Program-made: the position numbers and the translations under genes
Notes under the pieces: generated by a model
What the model saw: only the letters and a program-made list of their open reading frames with translations
Told to the model about the DNA's origin: nothing
Database searches by the model: none
Part shown: positions 23,626 through 31,752 of the stretch, in pieces
How the letters are laid out: every line of letters begins with the position of its first letter
Numbering within the stretch: the first letter of the stretch is position 1
NCBI GenBank assembly: GCA_034530875.2
Contig: JAVRCJ020000003.1
Span: forward strand, 72,246 to 104,245
DNA from: Nostoc sp. DedSLP01
Lineage (GTDB): Bacteria > Cyanobacteriota > Cyanobacteriia > Cyanobacteriales > Nostocaceae
DNA length: 32,000 nt
Direction of reading: 5' to 3'

Positions 23626-25692
23626 ATGAATAGTCATTTTCTAGATGGACGCTACCGAATAATAAAAGTTCTAAATGATGGGGGAAAGGCAAAAACCTAT
23701 CTAGCGGAAGATGCCAATTATACTACTAATCAATATACAGTCAAGCAGCTACATACTCCTAGTAGCAATCCCCAAAGTTTAGCAATGCTGCACCGCTTGT
23801 TTGCTACTAAAGCAGCAACTTTACAACAACTCGGACAAGAACACGACCAAATCCAGAAGCTAGTCACCTGTTTTGAAGAAAATGACGAATTCTATATAGT
23901 CCAAGAATTCATCCCTGGGTTACCTCTAAGTCAAGAAATTTTACCAGGACAACCTCTCAGTGAAGAGCAAGTTATTAGTCTTTTATCAGAGATATTAGAA
24001 ATTTTAGTAATTGCCCATAGCAGTGGAGTAATTCATCAAAATATTAAGCCAGCAAACATTATTCGTCGAGATTCAGATAAAAAGCTAGTTTTAGTTGACT
24101 TTAATAGTATTAATGAAGCTATTACAAATTTAGATAATCTCGAATATGCACCTATAGAACAAGTTAATGGTAACCTGAAATACAATAGCGATATATATGC
24201 TTTAGGTTTAGTTGCGATCGCCGCACTTCTCGGTTTCACAAACAACGACATATCTCAGTTACGAAATCAAAAAAATCGGCTGACAGGTGAAATTGTTTGG
24301 CAGCACAAAAATTTAAAAGTTAACAAAAAATTAATAAAAATTATTAATAAAATGGTGCGTTTTGATTATCGAAAGCGCTACCAGTATGCAACTGAAGTTT
24401 TAGAGGATCTGCAAAATTTAAGCACTATTAACCCTCAGCAAAAGCAGCAGCCGGAAAAATTATTCTTAGTAATAATAGGGATAATTGTAACTATTACACT
24501 AGGTGTTGTAGCTTGGTTTTTGCTACTACCAAAAACTGAAACTGACGCTCAAAAAAAATTATATCAAGAGGGAATAAATAAATATGAGGAGGGAAACTAT
24601 GAAGGGGCAGTTCAAGATTTTAATCGCTTGATTGAATTAGAACCGCAAAATGCCTTGGCTTATAATAAACGGGGTGATGCTTATTATCGGTTAGGAGATT
24701 ACGAGCAAGCGCAAGCAGACTCTAGTCAAGCAATTTCGCTTAATCCTCAAGATGCGAATGCTTATTATGACCGCGGATTTGCTTTGTATGAATTGGGCAA
24801 GTATAAAGAAGCGATCGCTGACTATACAAAAACGATTGAGTTAAATCTCCAGGATGCTAATGCTTTTTATGGCAGGGGATTAGCCCGCGCTCAAATTAAA
24901 GATAATAAAGGCGCAATTGCAGATTTTAGTAAAGCGATCGCCATTAAACACGACTATACTGATGCTTATTTACAAAGAGGTATTCTCCACCGTCGTCTCA
25001 AACTCAGACAAGCAGCAATCCAAGATTTTAATACAATAATTAAAATTAACCCTAGCGATGCGAAAGCTTTTTATCAAAGGGGTTTAACTCAAACGATTAA
25101 TAAGCAAAAGGATGCAGCTATACAAGATTATTCAGATGCAATTAATATCAATCCCAAATATATAGAAGCTTATTTAAATCGTGGTGATATTTACAGCGAT
25201 TTAGGACAGAATATAGCAGCTACTGAAGATTACAATAAGATTTTACAGCTAGATCCAAAATTTATTTCAGCTTACATCCACAGGGGTATTCACCGCTTTT
25301 CTTTCGGAGATTATAAAGGTGCTATTGAAGATTATACTAAAGCCTTAAAACTAGATCCGAACGATCCAGCAGCTTACAATAACCGTGGTAACGCCTATCT
25401 CGAACTCGGAAATAAAAAAGCTGCAAATCAGGATTATTCACAAGCGATCGCCATTGATAGCAAAAATGCCTTAGCCTATTATAATCGCGGCGTAATTCGC
25501 GCCAAGCAGAAAAATAAACAAGGAGCGATCGCAGATTTCAAAAAAGCTGCAAGGCTATTCCAACAGCAAGGCGAACAAGCTAGTTATCAAGATGCCCAAA
25601 GGGAAATTGCAATTCTGCGAAACAATTCAACACTAGGAAAAGCTACTCGTCCCAAGTCTGGGAGAAGAGGAAGAAAAGGGAGTGGGGAGTAG
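23626..25692 (+). CDS. Ser/Thr protein-kinase-fold (predicted catalytically dead) - TM helix - TPR repeat protein
   Basis: The kinase fold is readable (..YRIIKVLNDGGKAKTYLAED.., ..YTVKQL.., ..IHQNIKPANII.., ..LVDFNS.., ..YAPIEQ.., ..SDIYALGLV..). A TM helix LFLVIIGIIVTITLGVVAWFLLL and about 11 TPR units follow. I prefer the ATG at 23626 over the track TTG at 23617. Confidence 0.85.
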   Translation: MNSHFLDGRYRIIKVLNDGGKAKTYLAEDANYTTNQYTVKQLHTPSSNPQSLAMLHRLFATKAATLQQLGQEHDQIQKLVTCFEENDEFYIVQEFIPGLPLSQEILPGQPLSEEQVISLLSEILEILVIAHSSGVIHQNIKPANIIRRDSDKKLVLVDFNSINEAITNLDNLEYAPIEQVNGNLKYNSDIYALGLVAIAALLGFTNNDISQLRNQKNRLTGEIVWQHKNLKVNKKLIKIINKMVRFDYRKRYQYATEVLEDLQNLSTINPQQKQQPEKLFLVIIGIIVTITLGVVAWFLLLPKTETDAQKKLYQEGINKYEEGNYEGAVQDFNRLIELEPQNALAYNKRGDAYYRLGDYEQAQADSSQAISLNPQDANAYYDRGFALYELGKYKEAIADYTKTIELNLQDANAFYGRGLARAQIKDNKGAIADFSKAIAIKHDYTDAYLQRGILHRRLKLRQAAIQDFNTIIKINPSDAKAFYQRGLTQTINKQKDAAIQDYSDAININPKYIEAYLNRGDIYSDLGQNIAATEDYNKILQLDPKFISAYIHRGIHRFSFGDYKGAIEDYTKALKLDPNDPAAYNNRGNAYLELGNKKAANQDYSQAIAIDSKNALAYYNRGVIRAKQKNKQGAIADFKKAARLFQQQGEQASYQDAQREIAILRNNSTLGKATRPKSGRRGRKGSGE

Positions 25693-25799
25693 GGAATGGG
25701 GAATGGGGCATTAGGAGGTGTGGGAGGATGGGGAAGAAATCTTTCCCCCCACACTCCCCTTGTCTCCCCATCTCCCCATCTCCCCACTCCCTACTCCCT
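25678..25799. repeat. G-rich/C-rich palindromic dispersed element (copy B, inverted relative to copy A)
   Basis: The left arm GGGGAGTAGGGAATGGGGAATGGGG pairs with the right arm CCCCATCTCCCCATCTCCCCACTCCCTACTCCC. The core GGAGGATGGGGAAGAAATCTTTCCCCCCACAC is shared with 5385-5492. It overlaps the last codons and stop of the kinase-TPR gene and ends 3 nt before the acsF stop. Confidence 0.85.
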
Positions 25800-25802
25800 A
25801 AC

Positions 25803-26879
25803 TTAACGAACTGTCCCTCTCAAGGATTCAGCATCGACGGGTTTGATGAGGTAAATCTGCAACAGATGCCCAACAATGGAGGCTATCAGAGGTAATTTTT
25901 GGAAGAACTTAACAATCTTGGGGCGGTTGCTGTTATTAATCTCTATTATTTTGAGATTAAGGTTAGAACACTCTTCCAATCGCCAGAAAAAGTCTGGATG
26001 ATTTGTATTTAATGTTAGAGGAAATGCTCGTGCAGCCGTGTTATTTGTTTCCTGAATAACTCTAGTATTATATTCTCGCGGGTCAATGCCAATAGATTGA
26101 TAAAATTTTGCCCGTTCAAATACAGTCAAAGTATGAGTAGCAAAAACACTCAACAAGAAGAACCGCACCCACAATCTAGCTTTCCAATTGTTCCATAGTT
26201 GGGGTTGCGATCGCAGCAGCGCATTGAAAAAATCTCCGTGTCGATTTTCATCCTGACACCAACTCTCAAACTTACGAAACAGCGGATAAATTTGGTGTTC
26301 TCGATGTTCTTGCATGTGGCGATGCACTAAAATGTAACGCCAATAACCAATTTTTTCAGACAAGTAAACTGTGTAAATAATCCACTCTGGTGGGAAGAAG
26401 GTATAAGTGCGATTTTTGGTCAAATAACTTAAGTCAAGGGAAAGATTAAAATCTGCCATTGACTTATTCAGAAATCCTGCATGGCGCGCTTCATCTCGTG
26501 CCATAAAATTAAACGCTTCCGCCAAAACCGGATTCCGATTTTTCAGACGGCGCGATAATTCTTTAAATAGCAGAAATCCCGAAAACTCTGAAGTACAAGA
26601 ACGTTCCAAAAAGTCAATAAAAGCGAGGCGTGTTTCGCCATCAATACGATCCCAACATTGCTTAAATTCGTCATCACGTACAAAATGATGCCGATTATAA
26701 TCAGCCCGTAACTCCTCTACAACTGCCCGTAACTCCTCATCCTGCGCCGAAATATCTAACTGCGCCGCGGCTTCAAAGTCAGTAGTGTAAAAGCGCGGTG
26801 TTAATAATGTTTCCTGCACAGGCGGTTTTACGCCCGGTTTGAGCAACTCTGGATCGGGAGTTTCCACAGACTTAACCAT
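25803..26879 (-). CDS. acsF: Mg-protoporphyrin IX monomethyl ester oxidative cyclase (aerobic cyclase, di-iron)
   Basis: It is 358 aa. ..LLTPRFYTTDFE.. together with the ..EARH.. and ..DENRHGDFF.. di-iron motifs is typical of AcsF/ChlA/CHL27. Confidence 0.9.
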   Translation of the reverse strand: MVKSVETPDPELLKPGVKPPVQETLLTPRFYTTDFEAAAQLDISAQDEELRAVVEELRADYNRHHFVRDDEFKQCWDRIDGETRLAFIDFLERSCTSEFSGFLLFKELSRRLKNRNPVLAEAFNFMARDEARHAGFLNKSMADFNLSLDLSYLTKNRTYTFFPPEWIIYTVYLSEKIGYWRYILVHRHMQEHREHQIYPLFRKFESWCQDENRHGDFFNALLRSQPQLWNNWKARLWVRFFLLSVFATHTLTVFERAKFYQSIGIDPREYNTRVIQETNNTAARAFPLTLNTNHPDFFWRLEECSNLNLKIIEINNSNRPKIVKFFQKLPLIASIVGHLLQIYLIKPVDAESLRGTVR

Positions 26880-27382
26880 AGGAATCCTTTTATCATTTCA
26901 TGCCTTACAAGTTATATAAGCATAAATAATTATTTCTAGGCATCAGTTAAATTATTGAAAGTAAATTGTGAGAAATAAACTTAATACATCAGCTATAATT
27001 TGTGCATAATTAATTACATTTAAGCAACTTTAATAGTAGAAATACTTTAAAAAATACAATCTAAATACTGGTAAAAATTGAGGATAAAAAGATATTAAAT
27101 TTACAAAATAATTTATAACTAAGTAATACTATGTATTCAGGTTTTTAATTGCTGAAATATAAATAAATTTTAATAACTTCATAGCTATGCAAATATTAAT
27201 AGTTAAATAATTTTAGGAGAAATAAAAACAGGTGGGGTCTACATTGGCAGTGGTACTTGCTGGATAGATTAATGCAGATCCTCACTAAACCTAGAATAAC
27301 AATCTTTTAACTTTGGTACTGGCAGGCATCCACCAATGATGACTGCCGGAAAATCTTGCGCTTGAACCTCAAGGAAGCAAAA

Positions 27383-28093
27383 ATGAGTAGCAATCTAGCC
27401 GCCAAACTGCGCTCTGGAACTCAACAAGCCCACACATCAGCGGAAAACGTGGGATTTATGAAATGTTTTCTCAAAGGAGTTGTAGATAGAGACTGCTTCG
27501 CCAAGTTCTTAAGCAACTTGTATTACATCTACAGCGAACTAGAAGCAGCTATAGCAAGCCATGTAGACCATCCTGTAATTGGTGCGGTTTATTTTCCCGA
27601 ACTTAATCGTCAAGCTGCGCTCGAAAAAGACATGGTGTTCTATTATGGGGATAATTGGAGAGAGAAAGTTACCCCTTCATCTGCTGCCCGAGACTACATT
27701 GACCGCATTCGGGAAATTTCTGCTAACGAACCGACCTTATTGCTAGGTCATGCCTACACTCGCTACATGGGCGACCTCTCAGGGGGTCAAATGCTACAGA
27801 AAATTGCTCAATCAGCCCTCAAGCTTTCTGGTTACGAAGGTACTTCCTTCTATAATTTTGAGTTAATTCCTGATAAAAAGGCGTTTAAAGATAAGTATCG
27901 TCAGGTATTAAATCAATTACCCATTGATGATGCTACAGCAGAACGAATTGTTGCAGAAGCAAATAATGCCTTTGGATTAAATTTACAGATGGCTCAGGAA
28001 CTAGAAGCAAGTTTAATTAAAGCACTGGGTCAAGGTCTATTTAATCAGCTGACTCGTTCCCAAAACCCAGGTAGTACTGAAATTGCTATTTAG
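27383..28093 (+). CDS. Heme oxygenase
   Basis: MSSNLAAKLRSGTQQAHTSAENVGFMKCFLKGVVDRDCFAKFLSNLYYIYSELE.. matches the canonical HO N-terminus with the proximal His. The ATG at 27383 is preceded by AAGGAAG, and the track TTG at 27356 is less likely. Confidence 0.9.
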   Translation: MSSNLAAKLRSGTQQAHTSAENVGFMKCFLKGVVDRDCFAKFLSNLYYIYSELEAAIASHVDHPVIGAVYFPELNRQAALEKDMVFYYGDNWREKVTPSSAARDYIDRIREISANEPTLLLGHAYTRYMGDLSGGQMLQKIAQSALKLSGYEGTSFYNFELIPDKKAFKDKYRQVLNQLPIDDATAERIVAEANNAFGLNLQMAQELEASLIKALGQGLFNQLTRSQNPGSTEIAI

Positions 28094-28108
28094 TCATTAG
28101 TCATTAGT
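28091..28108. repeat. Heptamer tandem repeat TAGTCAT x2.5
   Basis: Read directly as tagtcat tagtcat tagt. It overlaps the heme oxygenase stop codon. Confidence 0.7.
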
Positions 28109-28110
28109 TT

Positions 28111-28189
28111 TCCCTTGCCTCCTCTGCCCCTCTGCCCCCCATCTCCCCATCTCCCCACCTCCCCACCTCCCCACTCCCCTCACACACAC
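28111..28189. repeat. C-rich half-element (CCTCTGCCCCTCTGCCCC, (A/C)(T/C)CTCCCC octamer run, CACACACAC) in the ho-hemN spacer
   Basis: Read directly. It resembles the C-rich arms of 25678-25799 and 21716-21785, but no G-rich partner arm is adjacent. Confidence 0.7.
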
Positions 28190-28207
28190 TTATTGGAAAG
28201 GAACTCA

Positions 28208-29590
28208 ATGGTTTTTCTATTACCTGGTGTTAAATTTGATTTGGATTTGATTCAAAAGTATGACACTCGCGCACCGAGATACACGAGTTATCCACCTGCT
28301 ACAGAGTTAAACGAAACATTCACCCAAACTGATTTTAAAGCTGCGATCGCCGCCTCGAATCAACGCAAAACTCCTCTTTCTTTGTATTTCCACATTCCCT
28401 TTTGCCAAAGTGCTTGCTACTTCTGTGGCTGTAACACGGTAATTTCTAATAACAAGAATATTGCCAAACCTTACTTAGAGTATTTAGTTCGAGACATCAA
28501 AAATACTGCCAGCTTAATCGATTCAGAAAGAAGGGTGCTGCAAGTTCACTGGGGTGGTGGTACTCCAAATTATTTGGAACGCGACCAAGTGGAAGTTTTA
28601 TGGAAAAACATCAATCGTAATTTCACCATTGACCCACAAGCTGAAATCTCAATTGAAATTAATCCCCGCTACATCGATAGAAACTACATTTTCTTTCTCA
28701 GAGAAATTGGGTTTAATCGCATTAGTTTTGGCATTCAGGATTTTAATACCCAAGTGCAAGTAGCTGTGAACCGCGTCCAACCTGAAGAAATGTTATTTGA
28801 TGTCATGAGTTGGATTAAAGAAGCGAAGTTTGAAAGTGTGAATGTAGACCTGATTTATGGTTTACCTTATCAAACTCTCGAAACATTTCGGGAGACGGTG
28901 AAAAAGACTATGGAATTAGACCCCGACCGAATTGTTGTTTTTAATTTCGCTTACGTACCTTGGCTGAAACCGACGCAAAAAAATATTCCTCAAGAAGCTT
29001 TACCTCCAGCCCAAGAAAAGCTAGAAATTCTCAAAATGACCATTGAAGAATTGACAAATAACCAATATTTATTTATTGGGATGGATCATTTTGCTAAAAT
29101 TAATGACGAATTAGCGATCGCTCAACGCAATGGCACTCTCAAGCGGAATTTCCAAGGCTACACTACCCACGCTGAAACAGAACTCTTTGGTTTCGGTTCT
29201 ACATCAATCAGTATGCTAGAAGATGCTTATGCTCAAAATCACAAAGAGTTAAAGGATTATTATCAGACAATTGCAGCGGGAAATTTACCTATTAGCAAAG
29301 GCATTCAACTGACTCAAAATGACATCATCAGACGAGATGTCATCATGTCTATCATGTCTCATTTTCAGTTGCATAAGCAAGACATTGAAAACAAATATCA
29401 TATTACTTTTGATGAGTATTTCTCTGGCGAACTAGAGGCACTAAAACCACTAGAAGCTGATGGTCTGGTGAATTTATCCAAAGATCGCATCCAAGTCACA
29501 GATATCGGCAGATTACTAGTAAGAAATATTGCCGTCATCTTTGATACTCATACAAGAGCGCGAGAAGCAAAATTTTCTCGTGCTATTTAA
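28208..29590 (+). CDS. hemN: Oxygen-independent coproporphyrinogen III oxidase (radical SAM)
   Basis: MVFLLPGVKFDLDLIQKYDTRAPRYTSYPPATE.. is followed by the CxxxCxxC cluster in FHIPFCQSACYFCGCN, for about 460 aa. The ATG at 28208 is preceded by GGAAAGGA. The track extension back to 28115 merely translates the C-rich repeat. Confidence 0.9.
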   Translation: MVFLLPGVKFDLDLIQKYDTRAPRYTSYPPATELNETFTQTDFKAAIAASNQRKTPLSLYFHIPFCQSACYFCGCNTVISNNKNIAKPYLEYLVRDIKNTASLIDSERRVLQVHWGGGTPNYLERDQVEVLWKNINRNFTIDPQAEISIEINPRYIDRNYIFFLREIGFNRISFGIQDFNTQVQVAVNRVQPEEMLFDVMSWIKEAKFESVNVDLIYGLPYQTLETFRETVKKTMELDPDRIVVFNFAYVPWLKPTQKNIPQEALPPAQEKLEILKMTIEELTNNQYLFIGMDHFAKINDELAIAQRNGTLKRNFQGYTTHAETELFGFGSTSISMLEDAYAQNHKELKDYYQTIAAGNLPISKGIQLTQNDIIRRDVIMSIMSHFQLHKQDIENKYHITFDEYFSGELEALKPLEADGLVNLSKDRIQVTDIGRLLVRNIAVIFDTHTRAREAKFSRAI

Positions 29591-29639
29591 CGTAGCTACA
29601 AAGCTATTGCAATTTTATTTCTAATATTTACCAAACTGA

Positions 29640-29671
29640 AGATTCCTAAATTTTTTAAAAATTGGGAATCT
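29640..29671 (+). terminator. Hairpin downstream of hemN; weak terminator candidate
   Basis: AGATTCC..AAATTTTTTAAAAATT..GGAATCT forms an imperfect palindrome 50 nt after the stop. No clean U-tract follows. Confidence 0.35.
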
Positions 29672-30043
29672 AATACTATTTTCATAAAACATAATTTTTA
29701 GCCAAAAGCCAGAACTATGGAATTTAGTTTTGGTTTTTTGATTTATCTCCATAAAGATAGACAAAATAATTATTTCTTCAGATAGATACAAAAGAACCCA
29801 AATTATTTGTAGATAAATCAATATTTATACATTAATTGTATATGTATTGATAATAGTTGAAATTTCGATACAATGATTTTTTATTCGCAACTAATTACAA
29901 ATCAGAATTTACCTAAAATCTCATAGATATAGTCTATTTGATCTAACTTTTGGATTTAGCATTTATCCCATCTGATAGAAAGAATTGTGAAGAATAGTTG
30001 ATAACTTAGATACAAGTCAGAATTGATGAGGTAATTATCGATT

Positions 30044-30319
30044 ATGAGTATTATTGCTTGGGTAGTTTTAGGACTTTTAGCAGGTGCAATCGCTAAAGCT
30101 ATTTATCCTGGTTATCAAGGTGGTGGCATTCTTTCAACAATGATTTTAGGTATCGTTGGTGCGTTCATTGGTGGAAGTTTATTTACATTGCTAAGAACAG
30201 GAACTCTGCAAATTACCTCAGCTGGCGCTGGCTTAACTATTCCTGGCATTTTAGTAGCTGTCCTTGGTGCAATTATTGCTATCTATCTGTGGGGCTTAAT
30301 CAGAAGAAGTAATGCATAA
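30044..30319 (+). CDS. GlsB/YeaQ/YmgE-family (transglycosylase-associated) small membrane stress protein
   Basis: MSIIAWVVLGLLAGAIAKAIYPG.QGGG..STMILGIVGAFIGGSLF is the family signature. It is 91 aa and is preceded by a GAGG SD. Confidence 0.85.
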   Translation: MSIIAWVVLGLLAGAIAKAIYPGYQGGGILSTMILGIVGAFIGGSLFTLLRTGTLQITSAGAGLTIPGILVAVLGAIIAIYLWGLIRRSNA

Positions 30320-30470
30320 TTGCTATTCGGCAGTTATCGATCCTGAAATGAATACTGGTCTTCATTCGTTTTTTATTTTCCATTTGAGAAAGTGATAAAA
30401 ATGGAAAACGCTACGAACGAGTAAACCAGTATATAGATGTTATCAAATTGTTTTTTGGAAGTGTAAATCT

Positions 30471-31160
30471 ATGTTCTTTCACAAAAAAGATCCTATCCAC
30501 GTAGTAAATGTTAAAGAAGCAAATCCTCGTTTTGCTCAATTACTTCTAGAGCAATTTGGTGGAGCAACCGGAGAACTAAGTGCAGCTTTGCAATATTGGG
30601 TTCAATCATTCCATGTAGAAAATGCTGGAATTAAAGATATGCTCCAAGATATTGCGATCGAAGAATTTAGCCATCTAGAAATGGTTGGCAAACTCATCGA
30701 AGCTCATACCAAAAATACCGATCAAACAGAAGCTTATAAAAGCACTCTCTTTGCAGTCAGAGGAATAGGGCCTCATTTTCTAGATAGTCAAGGTAATGCT
30801 TGGACTGCTAGCTACTTGAATGAAGGTGGAGATGTTGTCCGCGATTTAAGAGCTAATATCGCAGCTGAAGCTGGCGCTCGTCAAACTTACGAAGAGTTAA
30901 TTAAGTTAGCAACTGACGAAGGAACTAAAAATACTTTAGTCCATCTTTTAACACGAGAAATTTCTCATACCCAGATGTTTATGAAAGCTCTAGATTCTCT
31001 GGGTAAGTTAACAGATCCATTCTTTGGCAACATTCAGCCAGATGAAACTGTTGCTCTCTACTACAACCTATCTTCTAATGGCGGCAAAGATGAGCGTGGC
31101 CCCTGGAATTCAGAGCCAACCTTTAAATACATAGCTAATCCCCTCGAAAGCCACTCTTAA
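30471..31160 (+). CDS. Manganese (non-heme) catalase
   Basis: It is 229 aa. ..FAQLLLEQFGGATGELSAALQYWVQSFH.. and ..DIAIEEFSHLEMVGKLI.. are the di-Mn ligand motifs of the Mn-catalase family. Confidence 0.9.
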   Translation: MFFHKKDPIHVVNVKEANPRFAQLLLEQFGGATGELSAALQYWVQSFHVENAGIKDMLQDIAIEEFSHLEMVGKLIEAHTKNTDQTEAYKSTLFAVRGIGPHFLDSQGNAWTASYLNEGGDVVRDLRANIAAEAGARQTYEELIKLATDEGTKNTLVHLLTREISHTQMFMKALDSLGKLTDPFFGNIQPDETVALYYNLSSNGGKDERGPWNSEPTFKYIANPLESHS

Positions 31161-31233
31161 TTCCATAGATTGCAGCCATAAGATAAGTTGATTTACAGCA
31201 AAGATTTTTGGCAAATTATTGGAAGTTTTTAGG

Positions 31234-31342
31234 ACTTACGCACTCAGATCCCCCAACCCCCTTAAAAAGGGGGCTTTAGAAGTTCCACTCAATTTATCGA
31301 GGGGCTAGGGGGGATCTAGGTTTCAGGCTTCAGTGCGTAAGT
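31234..31342. repeat. MITE-like palindromic dispersed repeat with ACTTACGCACTC / CAGTGCGTAAGT termini
   Basis: It has inverted termini plus a GATCCCCC..CCCCCTTAAAAAGGGGG..GGGGGGATC interior, the same family as 8921-9013. Confidence 0.75.
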
Positions 31343-31401
31343 TCTAGTTTTGATAATTGCTGAGTGCTATTTGCTTATATCAATGTCAAGCCGATACACC
31401 A

Positions 31402-31427
31402 TAGGGGCGCACATTTGTGCGCCCCTA
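31402..31427. repeat. Hairpin repeat TAGGGGCGCACA tt TGTGCGCCCCTA
   Basis: It has perfect 12-bp arms, read directly. Confidence 0.75.
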
Positions 31428-31752
31428 AGAATCGCTAAAAATATTCGTCAGACACAAGAATACAGCGCGATATTTTTGAGTTGAGAAATTACAGCAGATT
31501 TCGTGCAATACACACCTTCAGTCTAGGAAGTTATTACACTTCTAAATTGCACATTTACTCATGCTGTTGACTGCTGAATGTTTACTGTCAACAGCTAACA
31601 ACCAAGATGAAAAGATGTGCTGTGTTAAATATGCAACAGCTTAACCAAGCATAAAGCTTGTTTTATTCCTGAATGCAGAATTTATAATTCTGAATTCTAA
31701 ATTCAGCTGGTATTGAACTCTAAATTAAAACTCAGGATCTGGAGATTGAATT

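Noticed and set aside
2293-24251. Many antisense or out-of-frame shadow ORFs inside larger genes (e.g. 2293..2748+, 2408..2635-, 3462..3656-, 5061..5327-, 5086..5355+, 6272..6523+, 8228..8434-, 9338..9589+, 10138..10407+, 10825..11034+, 11377..11595-, 13598..13789+, 14998..15198-, 16244..16465-, 16384..16590-, 16595..16897-, 16716..16904-, 17345..17662-, 20533..20739-, 21373..21912-, 21937..22170-, 22903..23121+, 24036..24251-, 28554..28763+).
   Set aside because: Each lies within a longer ORF that has clear family motifs. The translations are low-complexity or unremarkable, which is typical of shadow frames.
28115-28207. A 31-codon N-terminal extension of hemN (MPPLPLCPPSPHLPTSPPPHSPHTHLLERNS).
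   Set aside because: It is simply the C-rich repeat read in frame from a non-ATG start. The canonical HemN N-terminus begins at ATG 28208, which has its own GGAAAGGA SD.
29621-29821. 66-aa minus-strand ORF in the hemN-glsB spacer.
   Set aside because: It lies in extremely AT-rich sequence and gives an Ile/Phe/Lys-rich translation typical of random AT-rich DNA. It has no SD or motif.
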